Shown here: positions 1-8,541 of the stretch, in pieces
How the letters are laid out: the number at the start of each line of letters is the position of its first letter
How positions within the stretch are numbered: position 1 is the stretch's first letter
Assembly: GCA_947631685.1 (NCBI GenBank)
Contig: CANRMI010000004.1
Location: 23,439 to 87,438, forward strand
Origin: an uncultured Lachnospiraceae bacterium
GTDB lineage: Bacteria > Bacillota > Clostridia > Lachnospirales > Lachnospiraceae
Direction: 5' to 3'
DNA: 64,000 bases
Notes under the pieces: generated by a model
Told to the model about the DNA's origin: nothing
Seen by the model: only the letters and a program-made list of their open reading frames with translations
Databases searched by the model: none
Position numbers and translations under genes: made by a program

Positions 1-463
1 GACGGCTGCGGTTGTGGTGCCGGACCCGGTGCTTCGCCATAAGGTGTGGCGTGGGCTGAATACGGATGAAATAGCTGAACCCAACTCTTTTGCGGTCGAA
101 GCGGCCGTTGCCGCATTTACAAAAGGCGCGCTGTGGCTGGATGAACTGCGGGCGTATTTATTCCGGAATAAAAGAGCCGCGGAGAATTATATCCAAAAAA
201 ACATACCGCAGGTGCACGTCGTTTCCTCGCAGGCTACTTATCTTATGTGGCTGGATTGCAGTCAACTGGCTGGAAATGCTGATGAAGCTGCTTCGTTTAT
301 CCGCGGCAAAACGGGACTGATTGTTTCGGGTGGGGCGCAGTATGGCCACTGCGGGGAAAAGTTTCTCCGTATGAATGTTGCCTGTCCGCTCAGTGTGATG
401 GAAGATGGACTTTCGCGCCTGCGGGAGGGAATCAGAAAATATGAGGAATTTATTTTAAAATGA
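1..463 (+). CDS. PLP-dependent aminotransferase/cystathionine beta-lyase, MalY/PatB family (3' part only, begins before the window)
   Basis: Frame open from base 2; C-terminal motifs ATYLMWLDC, G..YG..GEKFLRMNVACP typical of MalY/PatB. Confidence 0.85.
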   Translation, partial: TAAVVVPDPVLRHKVWRGLNTDEIAEPNSFAVEAAVAAFTKGALWLDELRAYLFRNKRAAENYIQKNIPQVHVVSSQATYLMWLDCSQLAGNADEAASFIRGKTGLIVSGGAQYGHCGEKFLRMNVACPLSVMEDGLSRLREGIRKYEEFILK

Positions 464-487
464 GGATGCGCCATGGAGGTATGCCAA

Positions 488-1189
488 ATGAAACCGCTTG
501 TAGGCGTTATGCCGTTATGGGATAATGAAAGAGAAAGTATCTGGATGCTGCCGGGATATATGGATGGAATCGCACAGGCAGGCGCAACACCGTTCATATT
601 CCCCTTTTCCTGTGACAGAAAAGAGCTTGAGCGGCTTATCCGTATGTGTGACGGTATTCTTTTTACCGGAGGGCAGGATGTATCGCCGAAGGTGTATCAT
701 GAACTGCCAATGGACGGCCTTATTTCCTGCTGTGAAAAACGGGATGAGATGGAAACGATTGTGCTGCAGGCGGCCTTAGAGCACGACAAGTCTGTTTTGG
801 GTATATGCCGTGGCATCCAGTTTATCAATGCGGCGCTGGGAGGCACTCTGTATCAGGATATTCCGATGCAGCATCCGTCAGAGATAGAGCATCATCAGCA
901 TCCACCCTATCATGTTCCGGTTCATAGTGTGAAAATAATGGCGGATTCTCCTTTATATGACTGCCTGCAGGTGGAGGAATTACCGGTCAACAGTTATCAT
1001 CATCAGGCTGTCAAAGCCGTATCGCCGGCGCTGGCGGTTATGGCATCCGCCTCAGACGGGCTTGTTGAAGCGGTATATAAACCGGATCAACATTTTCTCT
1101 GGGCGGTGCAATGGCATCCTGAGTTTTCTTACCGGACAGATGATAACAGCCGGAAGATTTTTTGCGCTTTTGTAAAATCTATGGAATAA
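488..1189 (+). CDS. Gamma-glutamyl-gamma-aminobutyrate hydrolase family (peptidase C26, class I glutamine amidotransferase-like)
   Basis: GILFTGGQDV, LGICRGIQ nucleophile elbow, VNSYHHQAV, AVQWHPE; GGAGG at 475-479 favours ATG 488. Confidence 0.9.
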   Translation: MKPLVGVMPLWDNERESIWMLPGYMDGIAQAGATPFIFPFSCDRKELERLIRMCDGILFTGGQDVSPKVYHELPMDGLISCCEKRDEMETIVLQAALEHDKSVLGICRGIQFINAALGGTLYQDIPMQHPSEIEHHQHPPYHVPVHSVKIMADSPLYDCLQVEELPVNSYHHQAVKAVSPALAVMASASDGLVEAVYKPDQHFLWAVQWHPEFSYRTDDNSRKIFCAFVKSME

Positions 1190-1367
1190 TATTTTGTTTA
1201 GATATTGCGGGAAGAAGAAATATATGCTATTTTTATAGAAAGCATATATTTCTTTTTTCTTATCCGGAATGCTCTGACGTTCATTTTATATCAGAAAATC
1301 TATGCTTTGAAATCACCAATATTGCAAAGCAGGAGATTTTTGACCTCCTGCGAAGGAGGAAAAGAAT

Positions 1368-1949
1368 ATGGAAAAGGACGTAGTACAGATCAGATGTCTG
1401 TCTGACAAGGAACGCTATGCAGATTTGATCAACGGTATTGTGTTTGGCGGCAGGCAGGTAGTTCATGGGGAAGATATACAGGAAATGGATTCCCAGACAG
1501 GCCTGTGGCAAACCTTCCCAAGAAAAAAGACTGTGAAGACAGGTAAGAAATTTCGGGATCTGAGGCAGATTTTTGATTTTATCCGAATGTCGGAAGACAA
1601 AAAGGGCTTAAAACGCTTGGTCCAGGAGGACGCCGCGTATCAGAACATGGACGAGGATGCCTACGATATGGCAGTGGCATATACAAATGCGGCGGAATTG
1701 ATCGCGGTAAAAGAATTTCACAGAAAGGATGGGAAGGTTAATATGTGCAAAGCATTGACGGAGTTGATAGAAGAAGGAAGAGAAGAGGGAAGAGAAGAAG
1801 GAATCATCGGAATGATTCGGGACAATTTGGACCGGGGAGCAGCGCAGGATGAGATCGTGGAAAAGCTGTGCAGATATTTTGGGATGAGCAGCGATAAAGC
1901 ATGGGAATATTTGAACAGAATTTACCAGACGGAGGAAAACAGGATATGA
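1368..1949 (+). pseudogene. Rpn / PD-(D/E)XK 'transposase'-family protein with an in-frame internal deletion of the nuclease core
   Basis: N-terminus (ERYADLINGIVFGGRQVV) and C-terminus (RQIFDFIR, VNMCKALTEL, EEGREEGREEG) resemble clostridial Rpn proteins, but the central GIENQ-type nuclease segment is missing and the ORF is only 193 aa. Confidence 0.6.
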
Positions 1950-3067
1950 AGAAACTGGGTTTTGGATTGATGCGTATGCCGCTTTTGGAAGGCGGAAAGG
2001 ATTCGGATGTGGATGTGGAGCAGGTCAAGGCAATGGTGGACCTGTTTATGGAAAACGGTTTTACTTATTTTGACACGGCGATCATGTACAATGGTTTTGC
2101 CAGCCAGAGCGTCGCAAAGGCCGCACTGGTCGACAGATACCCCAGGGACAGCTTCACCCTGGCGACGAAACTCCATGCGGGATTTTTTCACTCCTTTGAA
2201 GATAGGGATAAGGTATTTCAGGAGCAGCTTGACCAGACGGGAGCCGGCTATTTTGATTATTATCTTCTCCATGGCATTGAGTCGGGAATGCTGGATAAAT
2301 ACGAAAAATATGACTGCTTCCGGTGGCTGCTGGAAAAGAAGGCGGCGGGATTGGTAAAACATGCAGGGTTTTCTTTTCATGATTCCGCCGAGCTGCTGGA
2401 TGAGATCCTTACCAGACATCCGGAAATGGAGTTTGTACAGCTGCAGATCAATTACCTGGATTGGGAAAGTCAGTGGGTACAGTCAAAGGCCTGCTATGAC
2501 GTGGCGGTAAAACATGGAAAGCCGGTCATCGTCATGGAGCCGGTCAAGGGAGGCACCCTGGCACATCTGCCTGAAAGCGCAGAGAAGCTGCTGAAGAGCC
2601 ACGATCCAGAGAAGTCCCTTCCCAGCTGGGCAATCCGCTTTGCGGCGTCTCTGGACAATGTGATGGTAGTGCTTTCGGGAATGTCAGACCTTTCTCAGAT
2701 GCAGGATAATGTGAGTTATATGAAAGATTTTGTGCCGCTGACAGAGGAAGAAAAAGCGGCCTGCTTTGAGGCGGCAAAGATTGTCAACAGGCAGATTACG
2801 GTTCCTTGTACGGGTTGTTCCTACTGTACGGCAGGCTGCCCCAAAAAGATCGCGATTCCCCAGTATTTTTCTCTTTATAATGAAGATATGCGTGAAAAAC
2901 TGGAAGAAAAGGGGTGGACGGTCAATTTTGCCAACTATGCGAATCTGTCGGCAAAGTACGGAAAGGCGAAGGACTGCGTGGGCTGCGGTCAGTGTGAGAG
3001 TGTGTGCCCGCAGCATCTGCCCATCATAGAATATCTGAAAACGGTTTCCGGACATTATGACCAATAA
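1946..3067 (+). CDS. Aldo/keto reductase with C-terminal 4Fe-4S dicluster domain
   Basis: KKLGFGLMRMP, YFDTA, LATKL, YYLLH, MEPVKGG; CTGCSYC..GCP and CVGCGQCESVCPQ; ATGA overlap with the upstream ORF. Confidence 0.92.
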   Translation: MKKLGFGLMRMPLLEGGKDSDVDVEQVKAMVDLFMENGFTYFDTAIMYNGFASQSVAKAALVDRYPRDSFTLATKLHAGFFHSFEDRDKVFQEQLDQTGAGYFDYYLLHGIESGMLDKYEKYDCFRWLLEKKAAGLVKHAGFSFHDSAELLDEILTRHPEMEFVQLQINYLDWESQWVQSKACYDVAVKHGKPVIVMEPVKGGTLAHLPESAEKLLKSHDPEKSLPSWAIRFAASLDNVMVVLSGMSDLSQMQDNVSYMKDFVPLTEEEKAACFEAAKIVNRQITVPCTGCSYCTAGCPKKIAIPQYFSLYNEDMREKLEEKGWTVNFANYANLSAKYGKAKDCVGCGQCESVCPQHLPIIEYLKTVSGHYDQ

Positions 3068-3094
3068 GCGGACCGGGATGTTGGATTTTACCTC

Positions 3095-3123
3095 TTGCCA
3101 GATGTCTGAAGGTGTGTTATGAT
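3095..3123 (+). promoter_or_regulatory. Sigma-A-type promoter of tRNA-Ile2
   Basis: TTGCCA-17 nt-TATGAT about 30 nt upstream of the tRNA. Confidence 0.7.
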
Positions 3124-3152
3124 GACATATGTTGAGGTTTTAGTCCGCTTTT

Positions 3153-3226
3153 GGACCTTTAGCTCAGTTGGTTAGAGCAACCGGCTCATAACCGGTCGGT
3201 CCTGGGTTCGAGTCCCCGAAGGTCCA
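3153..3226 (+). tRNA. tRNA with CAT anticodon, most likely tRNA-Ile2 (lysidine-modified)
   Basis: Full cloverleaf; acceptor GGACCTT/AAGGTCC, anticodon arm ACCGG-CTCATAA-CCGGT; GGACCTTTAGCTCAGTTGGTTAGAGC start matches Firmicutes Ile2 as I recall it. Confidence 0.93.
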
Positions 3227-3325
3227 CTACAGCACGAACGGTCGAACACCGTTCAAATCCGCAGCATTGCGGTATGGAAAAGTGAGGTTGGCATCATACT
3301 TGATACATCGGGGTATGATGCCGGG

Positions 3326-3445
3326 GTGGTGGATCCAAATGGCTATCCTTTAACATATGCGGGAATCCAGCAATGGGTGAAAGATAATTATGATGTTGAA
3401 ATAGGTAATTCAAGTATTACCGCAGTAAAAAACAAATGCAATATT
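3326..3445 (+). pseudogene. Fragment resembling the small C-terminal domain of RlmD/RumA-type methyltransferases, often left at Firmicutes element ends
   Basis: TYAGIQQWVKDNYDVEIGNSSITAVKNKCNI fits the remembered pattern TY..IK.YV.E..GLKVS...IA.VK.KCGI. Confidence 0.35.
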
Positions 3446-3600
3446 AGGAATTGTATAACATTTATTAAGCAGCAGACAGAGCTATGTAACAGACATGGCT
3501 CTGTTTTTTGTACCCTTTTGGGGACATAAAAGGAATTTTGACAACTGAATATGGAACCCGTCAACTCCGGAAAATCATTCAAAGAAAGGAAATGGTGACT

Positions 3601-3954
3601 ATGCGGAAAAAGAACAATACCAATTATACCATGATGAAAGGAACTATGACAATCGAAACCTTTATGGATCTGGTGAGAGATGCGCTGAAAGACCAGCTGA
3701 AAGGCTGTACGGTGGAGGTACAAGAAACAAACAAGAACAACGGAGGGATCTTTCACGGGATCCGTATCACAGAGCCGGGGAGCAGCATTGCGCCCTGCAT
3801 CTATCTGGACAAGGATTACAAAGATTATCAGGAGGGAAAGGATTTAATACAACACAGCGTCAGAGCGTATAGAGAACAGTCTATGCGCTTTATTTTTTTG
3901 AAAAAGAGCAGAGAATATGGTAGAAACCAAAAACGAGCAACAGCCCCAAAGTAA
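3601..3954 (+). pseudogene. N-terminal fragment of a DUF5688-like protein
   Basis: FMDLVRDALK..VEVQETNKNNGGIFHGIRITEPGSSIAPCIYLD..Y.DY..G matches the family N-terminus; similarity stops after about 80 aa. Confidence 0.55.
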
Positions 3955-4124
3955 TCTATATGTTGAGCATTATTAGGAATGCTGTCGGCTATAATGAAGT
4001 AGAAAGCGCCCGTGTTTACGGTGGATAATTATTTGCGAATTAGATAAGATATTAACTTGAAACGTCTGTATTTTGTGAGTATAATATCTGCATAAACATG
4101 AATGAAAAGGAAGAGAAACAATGA

Positions 4125-4490
4125 AGAAGCGACTTAACAACAGAAGACCCTGAAAGCGCAAAGGAGTGGGCTGTAATCAACGGACGGGAAGGAAGTAATA
4201 TTTGCAATCAGTGTGAGATTGACTTTGAAGGGTTGAACATTCTTCATCTTAATCAATTTTGTAAGGAAGCAAACAACAACAGCAACAAGTACGATGATAT
4301 TATTTTAGATTGGGCAGCGGATATTTATGTAATGCTGCAATGGAAATATAATTTCCCGTCAGCTTCTATCAGCCTTGCAATCCCTGCTGAAGAAATGATA
4401 AAGGCGTATTATCCATTTCATGAAACATCGTATAATAACGCTTGTGAAAAGCTCTATCATAAATATCTTGAAGAGGGTGATACTGAATGA
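4125..4490 (+). pseudogene. Chimeric remnant: DUF3990-like (ADP-ribosyltransferase clan) internal fragment fused in frame to the C-terminus of its usual partner gene
   Basis: Frame open from 4125 with no start codon before the TTG at 4233: TEDPESAKEWAVINGREG..N.CEIDFEGLNILHLN, then DWAADIYVMLQWKY...PAEEMIKAYYPFHE. Confidence 0.45.
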
Positions 4491-4918
4491 AAATAAACTC
4501 TTTTCGTAACGAACATTTCTTTCTTAGTAACTTTTATGAAGCTCCTGTCACTTATGACGGATTGACATATCAGAATAATGAGGCAGCGTTTCAGGCTCAG
4601 AAGTGTGCAGACCCCAAAGAGCGTGATGCGTTCACTGCTATGAATCCTTCGGAAGCCAAAAGAGCAGGGCGCAGAGTTCAGCTCAGAAAAGATTGGGAAC
4701 AGATAAAGGTCTCGGTCATGGCTGATATTGTCAAGGCAAAGTTTGAACAGAACAGTGACCTTGCAGACAGACTTCTTGCAACAGGTGACGCATATCTTGA
4801 AGAAGGCAACGATTGGGGAGACCGTATCTGGGGAACTGTAAATGGAAAGGGCGCGAACTGTCTTGGAATTATCCTTATGGACGTTAGAGAAAAAATAAGC
4901 GCAGAGAAAGAACATTGA
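4487..4918 (+). CDS. NADAR family protein (YbiA/DUF1768-like N-glycosidase / ADP-ribosylhydrolase)
   Basis: FLSNFYEAPV, EAAFQAQK, AKRAGR..LRKDWE, KFEQN, LLATG, LEEGNDWGDRIWG, NCLGIILM. Confidence 0.92.
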   Translation: MKINSFRNEHFFLSNFYEAPVTYDGLTYQNNEAAFQAQKCADPKERDAFTAMNPSEAKRAGRRVQLRKDWEQIKVSVMADIVKAKFEQNSDLADRLLATGDAYLEEGNDWGDRIWGTVNGKGANCLGIILMDVREKISAEKEH

Positions 4919-5008
4919 TAAGGTCATTGATGATAAGCAGGAGTTATCTTATGATGAAACTCTTGAGATGATCGGAAAAGCATAGAAAAAAATTTTTTAA
5001 AAATAGGG

Positions 5009-5037
5009 TTGACAATGAAATTCATTCCTGATATAGT
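5009..5037 (+). promoter_or_regulatory. Near-consensus sigma-A promoter with extended -10
   Basis: TTGACA-17 nt-TATAGT with TG at -15/-14 and an AT-rich UP-like tract upstream. Confidence 0.8.
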
Positions 5038-5136
5038 GTCTTTTGCTGATGACGAGAGCGGAGTGCTCAAAAGGGCTAAGCTCTGTGTCCGGAATAGAAT
5101 AAACTCTGTATCAGGAACATAATTTATAAGAAGATC

Positions 5137-5194
5137 AGAGGCGACTTGAATCATAGGGAAATTATACCCATTTGGTTCAGGCCGCCTCTTTTTT
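5137..5194 (+). terminator. Long hairpin plus T tract inside the clpP-like leader (attenuator or sRNA terminator)
   Basis: AGAGGCG(5137-43)/CGCCTCT(5183-89), with CTTGAATCA/TGGTTCAGG and GGG/CCC inner pairing, followed by a T run. Confidence 0.7.
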
Positions 5195-5360
5195 GCGTGC
5201 CCGGAAAAGTCATTCACATTGTACTTTGAAAACTTCATAGCCGTCCGAAGAAATATCCCCTCCGGGGAAGCAGCTCATTCAGCTTGCCAAGGGGTGAAAA
5301 CGCTGCTGGCGCCGCGCAGGGCCCGGGGGCAGGAGGATATTCGGGACAACGGCAGAAAAA

Positions 5361-5426
5361 CAGTAAAAAAGCAGTAAAAGCAATAAAAGCAGTAAGGAGC
5401 AGTAAGGAGCAGTAAAAGAGCAGTAA
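5361..5426 (+). repeat. Seven short direct repeats CA(G/A)TAA with about 10 nt period just upstream of the clpP RBS
   Basis: Copies start at 5361, 5372, 5381, 5390, 5400, 5410 and 5421. Confidence 0.85.
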
Positions 5427-5449
5427 AAAATAAGAAGGGAGGAGTCAAT

Positions 5450-6040
5450 ATGTCATTTGTAGACGAAGCAAGAATCATCAAGGAATCATCCCGGGGGTAT
5501 GAGTTGATCCCCATCCGGGACGAAATGCTCTCTCACCGGGAGGTGGAACTGACCGGGGAGGTAGACGCGGATTCTGTAAACTCCCTGATTCGGGAGCTGC
5601 GTTACCTGCAGCGGCAGGATCCGGAGGGTGAGATCACCATGTACATCAACAGCCCCGGAGGCGGAGTGGACAGCGGCCTGGCTCTGTATGATGTGATGCA
5701 GGCCATCAGCTGCCCCATCCGGACGGTCTGCGTGGGGCTGGCAGCCTCCATGGCAGCTTTACTCTTTATTTCAGGCGACCGGAGAGATATGCTGCCGCAC
5801 AGCCGTCTGATGATCCATGATCCGCTGATCGTCCAAACCGGAGGCAGCGCCCTTCGCCTGAAGGCGGTCAGCGATGACCTGATGGAGACCCGGCAGATCA
5901 CCGCGAGGGTAATCGCGGAGCACTCAGGCAAGAGCCTGGAGGAGATCCTGGAGAAGACCGCCACCGACAGCTTTTTCCGGGCAGAAGAGGCTGTGGCCTT
6001 TGGCCTGGCAGACAACATTATCACCAGTTTTGAAAAATAG
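5450..6040 (+). CDS. Accessory ClpP-like serine protease subunit
   Basis: MYINSPGGGVDSGLALYD, GLAASMAA (Ser), LMIHDP (His), TDSFF..EEAVAFGLAD (Asp); catalytic triad intact. Confidence 0.92.
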   Translation: MSFVDEARIIKESSRGYELIPIRDEMLSHREVELTGEVDADSVNSLIRELRYLQRQDPEGEITMYINSPGGGVDSGLALYDVMQAISCPIRTVCVGLAASMAALLFISGDRRDMLPHSRLMIHDPLIVQTGGSALRLKAVSDDLMETRQITARVIAEHSGKSLEEILEKTATDSFFRAEEAVAFGLADNIITSFEK

Positions 6041-6057
6041 TAAAGGAGGAATGGAAA

Positions 6058-7368
6058 ATGTTTGAGAATGTGAAATCCAACCGCATCCTGGCGAAGGGAG
6101 TTACCGCCAGCAATGACACCTGGGTTACGGGGATCAACAACAACGACCTGCTGGTCGGTCCTTCCGGCGGGGGCAAGACACGGGGCTATGTAATCCCCAA
6201 CATCCTTCACGCTCAGGACAGCCTCATCGTCACGGATACGAAAGGAAATCTGTACCGCTGGTACGGAGATTATCTGAAGGGACTGGGTTACACGGTGATG
6301 CACCTGGACTTCACCGATATGTTAAACACTTCCTGGGGCTACAATCCCCTGGACTATGTCCGGGAGTGCCAGGATCCGGAAACGAACCGGGATGGGGACT
6401 ACTATAACGAGCAGGATGTAAAGAAAGTGGCCAGGGCTATCTGTCCCTGCCAGAATGCCAAGGAACCCTATTGGGATCAGGCTGCGCAGATGTATCTGGA
6501 AGCCATCCTCCTCTATGTCCTGAATGAGCTTCCGGATGAGCAGCACGATCTGTACGAAGCATACACCTTTTTGACAAAAATGGGGTCGAGTGGTCTGGAG
6601 AACATCATCGAGGAATATTTGGCAGTTCATCCCCAGAGCGCCTTTGCCCGGAAGATCGGAATGATCAGACAGAACGAAAAGGCAGAAAAGATGGATGCCA
6701 GCATCAAGGGGATTCTGGCGCAGCATCTGGATGTGGTGGCATACCCCGGAATTCGGAGGATGTTCCGTATGGAGCAGCAGGCGGATCTGGAGGCCTTCCT
6801 TAAAGGAAAGACGGCTCTGTTCCTTTCCGTCAGCGATTCCGACCGCAGCCAGGATGCCTTGGTAAATCTCTTTTACACCCAGGCGCTGCAGTACCTCATG
6901 ACTGCGGCAGACCGGCAGCCGGACAGCCGCATGCCAATCCCGGTGCGCTTCATCCTGGATGATTTCAGTACCAACACCCTGATCCCGGATTTTGACAAGA
7001 TCATTTCGGTCATCCGTTCCCGGGAGATTTACGTCAGCCTTGTTGTCCAGAGCTTTTCCCAGCTGGAAGGTCTCTACGGCAAGGCCGGAGCCCAGACCAT
7101 TATCAACAACTGCGACACCTGCTTGTATCTGGGCGGAACGGATGTCAATACAGCCCAGTACTTTGCCGAAAAGCTGAACCGGCAGCTCTCCACGGTGCTG
7201 GATCTTCCCCTGAACAGTATGTTTCTGTTCACCCGGGGCGAAAAGCCCCGTCAGGTCCAGAAGTACGAACTGGATCAGGATAATACCTATCGTAAATTGA
7301 TGAACTCCCGTAAAAGGGAGGCGAAACCCGTTGACGCTGGAGAAAGGAGCGAGATATATGAGCGATAA
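6058..7368 (+). CDS. VirD4/TraG-like ATPase without N-terminal membrane anchor
   Basis: Walker A GPSGGGKT, IVTDTKG, YNPLDY, YWDQAA, Walker B-like FILDDF, SVIRSREI..SLVVQSFSQL..LYG, NNCDT.LYLGG; Walker A at residue ~35, no hydrophobic helices. Confidence 0.85.
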   Translation: MFENVKSNRILAKGVTASNDTWVTGINNNDLLVGPSGGGKTRGYVIPNILHAQDSLIVTDTKGNLYRWYGDYLKGLGYTVMHLDFTDMLNTSWGYNPLDYVRECQDPETNRDGDYYNEQDVKKVARAICPCQNAKEPYWDQAAQMYLEAILLYVLNELPDEQHDLYEAYTFLTKMGSSGLENIIEEYLAVHPQSAFARKIGMIRQNEKAEKMDASIKGILAQHLDVVAYPGIRRMFRMEQQADLEAFLKGKTALFLSVSDSDRSQDALVNLFYTQALQYLMTAADRQPDSRMPIPVRFILDDFSTNTLIPDFDKIISVIRSREIYVSLVVQSFSQLEGLYGKAGAQTIINNCDTCLYLGGTDVNTAQYFAEKLNRQLSTVLDLPLNSMFLFTRGEKPRQVQKYELDQDNTYRKLMNSRKREAKPVDAGERSEIYER

Positions 7369-8497
7369 TGAAAGAGTACGTCTGACACTGGAGGAACGCC
7401 TGGCGCTGGCCGCGCGGTCCAAATCGGCCACACCCGAGGCCGCCGCCGCAATGGTGCGGCGGTTCTATGAGCTCCCCGCAGGCTGCATCTTTTGCGGAAC
7501 GTCCGATGTAGATGCCATGAACGAATTGACCGGCGAGTTTTGGGACGTTCCCAGGGTGGATGTGGACAGCTACCGGGGGTTCTGCCCTTCTTTCCTGATG
7601 GCGATGGAGTATGACAATGATCTCGTCCTGGGATCCTGGCGGCCGGAGGATTTTGATCCTGACCGGCTTCTGCTGAGCGTCCGAGTCAACAATGCCCTGG
7701 TCCTTCTGGGGGAAATATTGCTGGATCAGGTCATGGGCCGCCAAAGGCACAAGGAGATCTACCATTCTCTTCGTATGACACTGCGGCAGTATCTGGACGC
7801 CCTGACGGGACCTGATTTTCTGCGGAGCGAGTCTGAGACAGAGTGGTTCACGGCCTGGCGGGAGAAAATCCTGGAGAAAATGGACGGAGATCAATCTCTG
7901 GCGGAAGCGCTGGCCGGCGTTTTGCGGCGGTATGTGAGCGCATGGGAACCTTTTGATCGTCTGAACCATATCCTGCACTGCCTGGGCGGTCTGGCTTTTC
8001 ATCTGGAGAAGGAAGGGACGAGGTACGATGTCGACCGCTGCTCGGACGAGGATGCTGCCCTGGTGCTGACGACTTCCCGGACGGAGAAAGCGAAAGCAGC
8101 CTGGCGCTTTCGGAGAGCTCTCCGCAGGTTCGGTATCGGAAAGAACCGGCGGGAGCTGCCCAAAGCTGACCAGGAATGTCAGGATCCCCGGGAGTACCTT
8201 CTGAAGCTGGCTCTGGAATACGCTCCGGATCTGCCGGATCCGGGCAGTGAGATGGAAGCGAAAACCCTGCGGAGCCAGATCTTCATCCCTCATTGGAGCC
8301 GCGATCTTGACGCATTGGGGAGGCTGTTGGAAAATGCGCCTTTTCCGGAGTTTGAACCTTTCCTGAAGGGATGCCCGGACCGGGACCGGCTGGCTGAAGC
8401 CATACGGGAGATCAATGCGGCGGTGATGGATCTGTATATGCTGTGGGTGGAACCCTATCTGTGGCTTGAGGGGACAGCCGCGCATGGAAACAAGTAA
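7358..8497 (+). CDS. Hypothetical protein, 379 aa, translationally coupled to the VirD4-like gene
   Basis: AAGGAG RBS at 7344-49, 11 bp overlap with the upstream ORF; no recognised motif. Confidence 0.75.
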   Translation: MSDNERVRLTLEERLALAARSKSATPEAAAAMVRRFYELPAGCIFCGTSDVDAMNELTGEFWDVPRVDVDSYRGFCPSFLMAMEYDNDLVLGSWRPEDFDPDRLLLSVRVNNALVLLGEILLDQVMGRQRHKEIYHSLRMTLRQYLDALTGPDFLRSESETEWFTAWREKILEKMDGDQSLAEALAGVLRRYVSAWEPFDRLNHILHCLGGLAFHLEKEGTRYDVDRCSDEDAALVLTTSRTEKAKAAWRFRRALRRFGIGKNRRELPKADQECQDPREYLLKLALEYAPDLPDPGSEMEAKTLRSQIFIPHWSRDLDALGRLLENAPFPEFEPFLKGCPDRDRLAEAIREINAAVMDLYMLWVEPYLWLEGTAAHGNK

Positions 8498-8501
8498 AAG
8501 A

Positions 8502-8533
8502 ATTGGCAAAACACGAACGGATTGGCAAAACAC
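8502..8533 (+). repeat. Perfect 13 bp direct repeat ATTGGCAAAACAC x2
   Basis: 8502-8514 and 8521-8533, directly upstream of the -35 box of the ncRNA/RT promoter. Confidence 0.9.
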
Positions 8534-8541
8534 AAAGTGTC

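Noticed and set aside
3233-3241. CACGAACGG shared with 8512-8520 as a possible element boundary
   Set aside because: Only 9 bp and no supporting structure; compatible with chance
5046-5075. Hammerhead ribozyme suggested by CTGATGA
   Set aside because: The stem that follows is closed by CTCAAAA, not the required GAAA, and I cannot build stems I and III
5361-5426. CRISPR array
   Set aside because: Units are 6-8 nt with 2-4 nt gaps; no spacers and no cas genes. The same applies to the 18 nt units at 11618-11668
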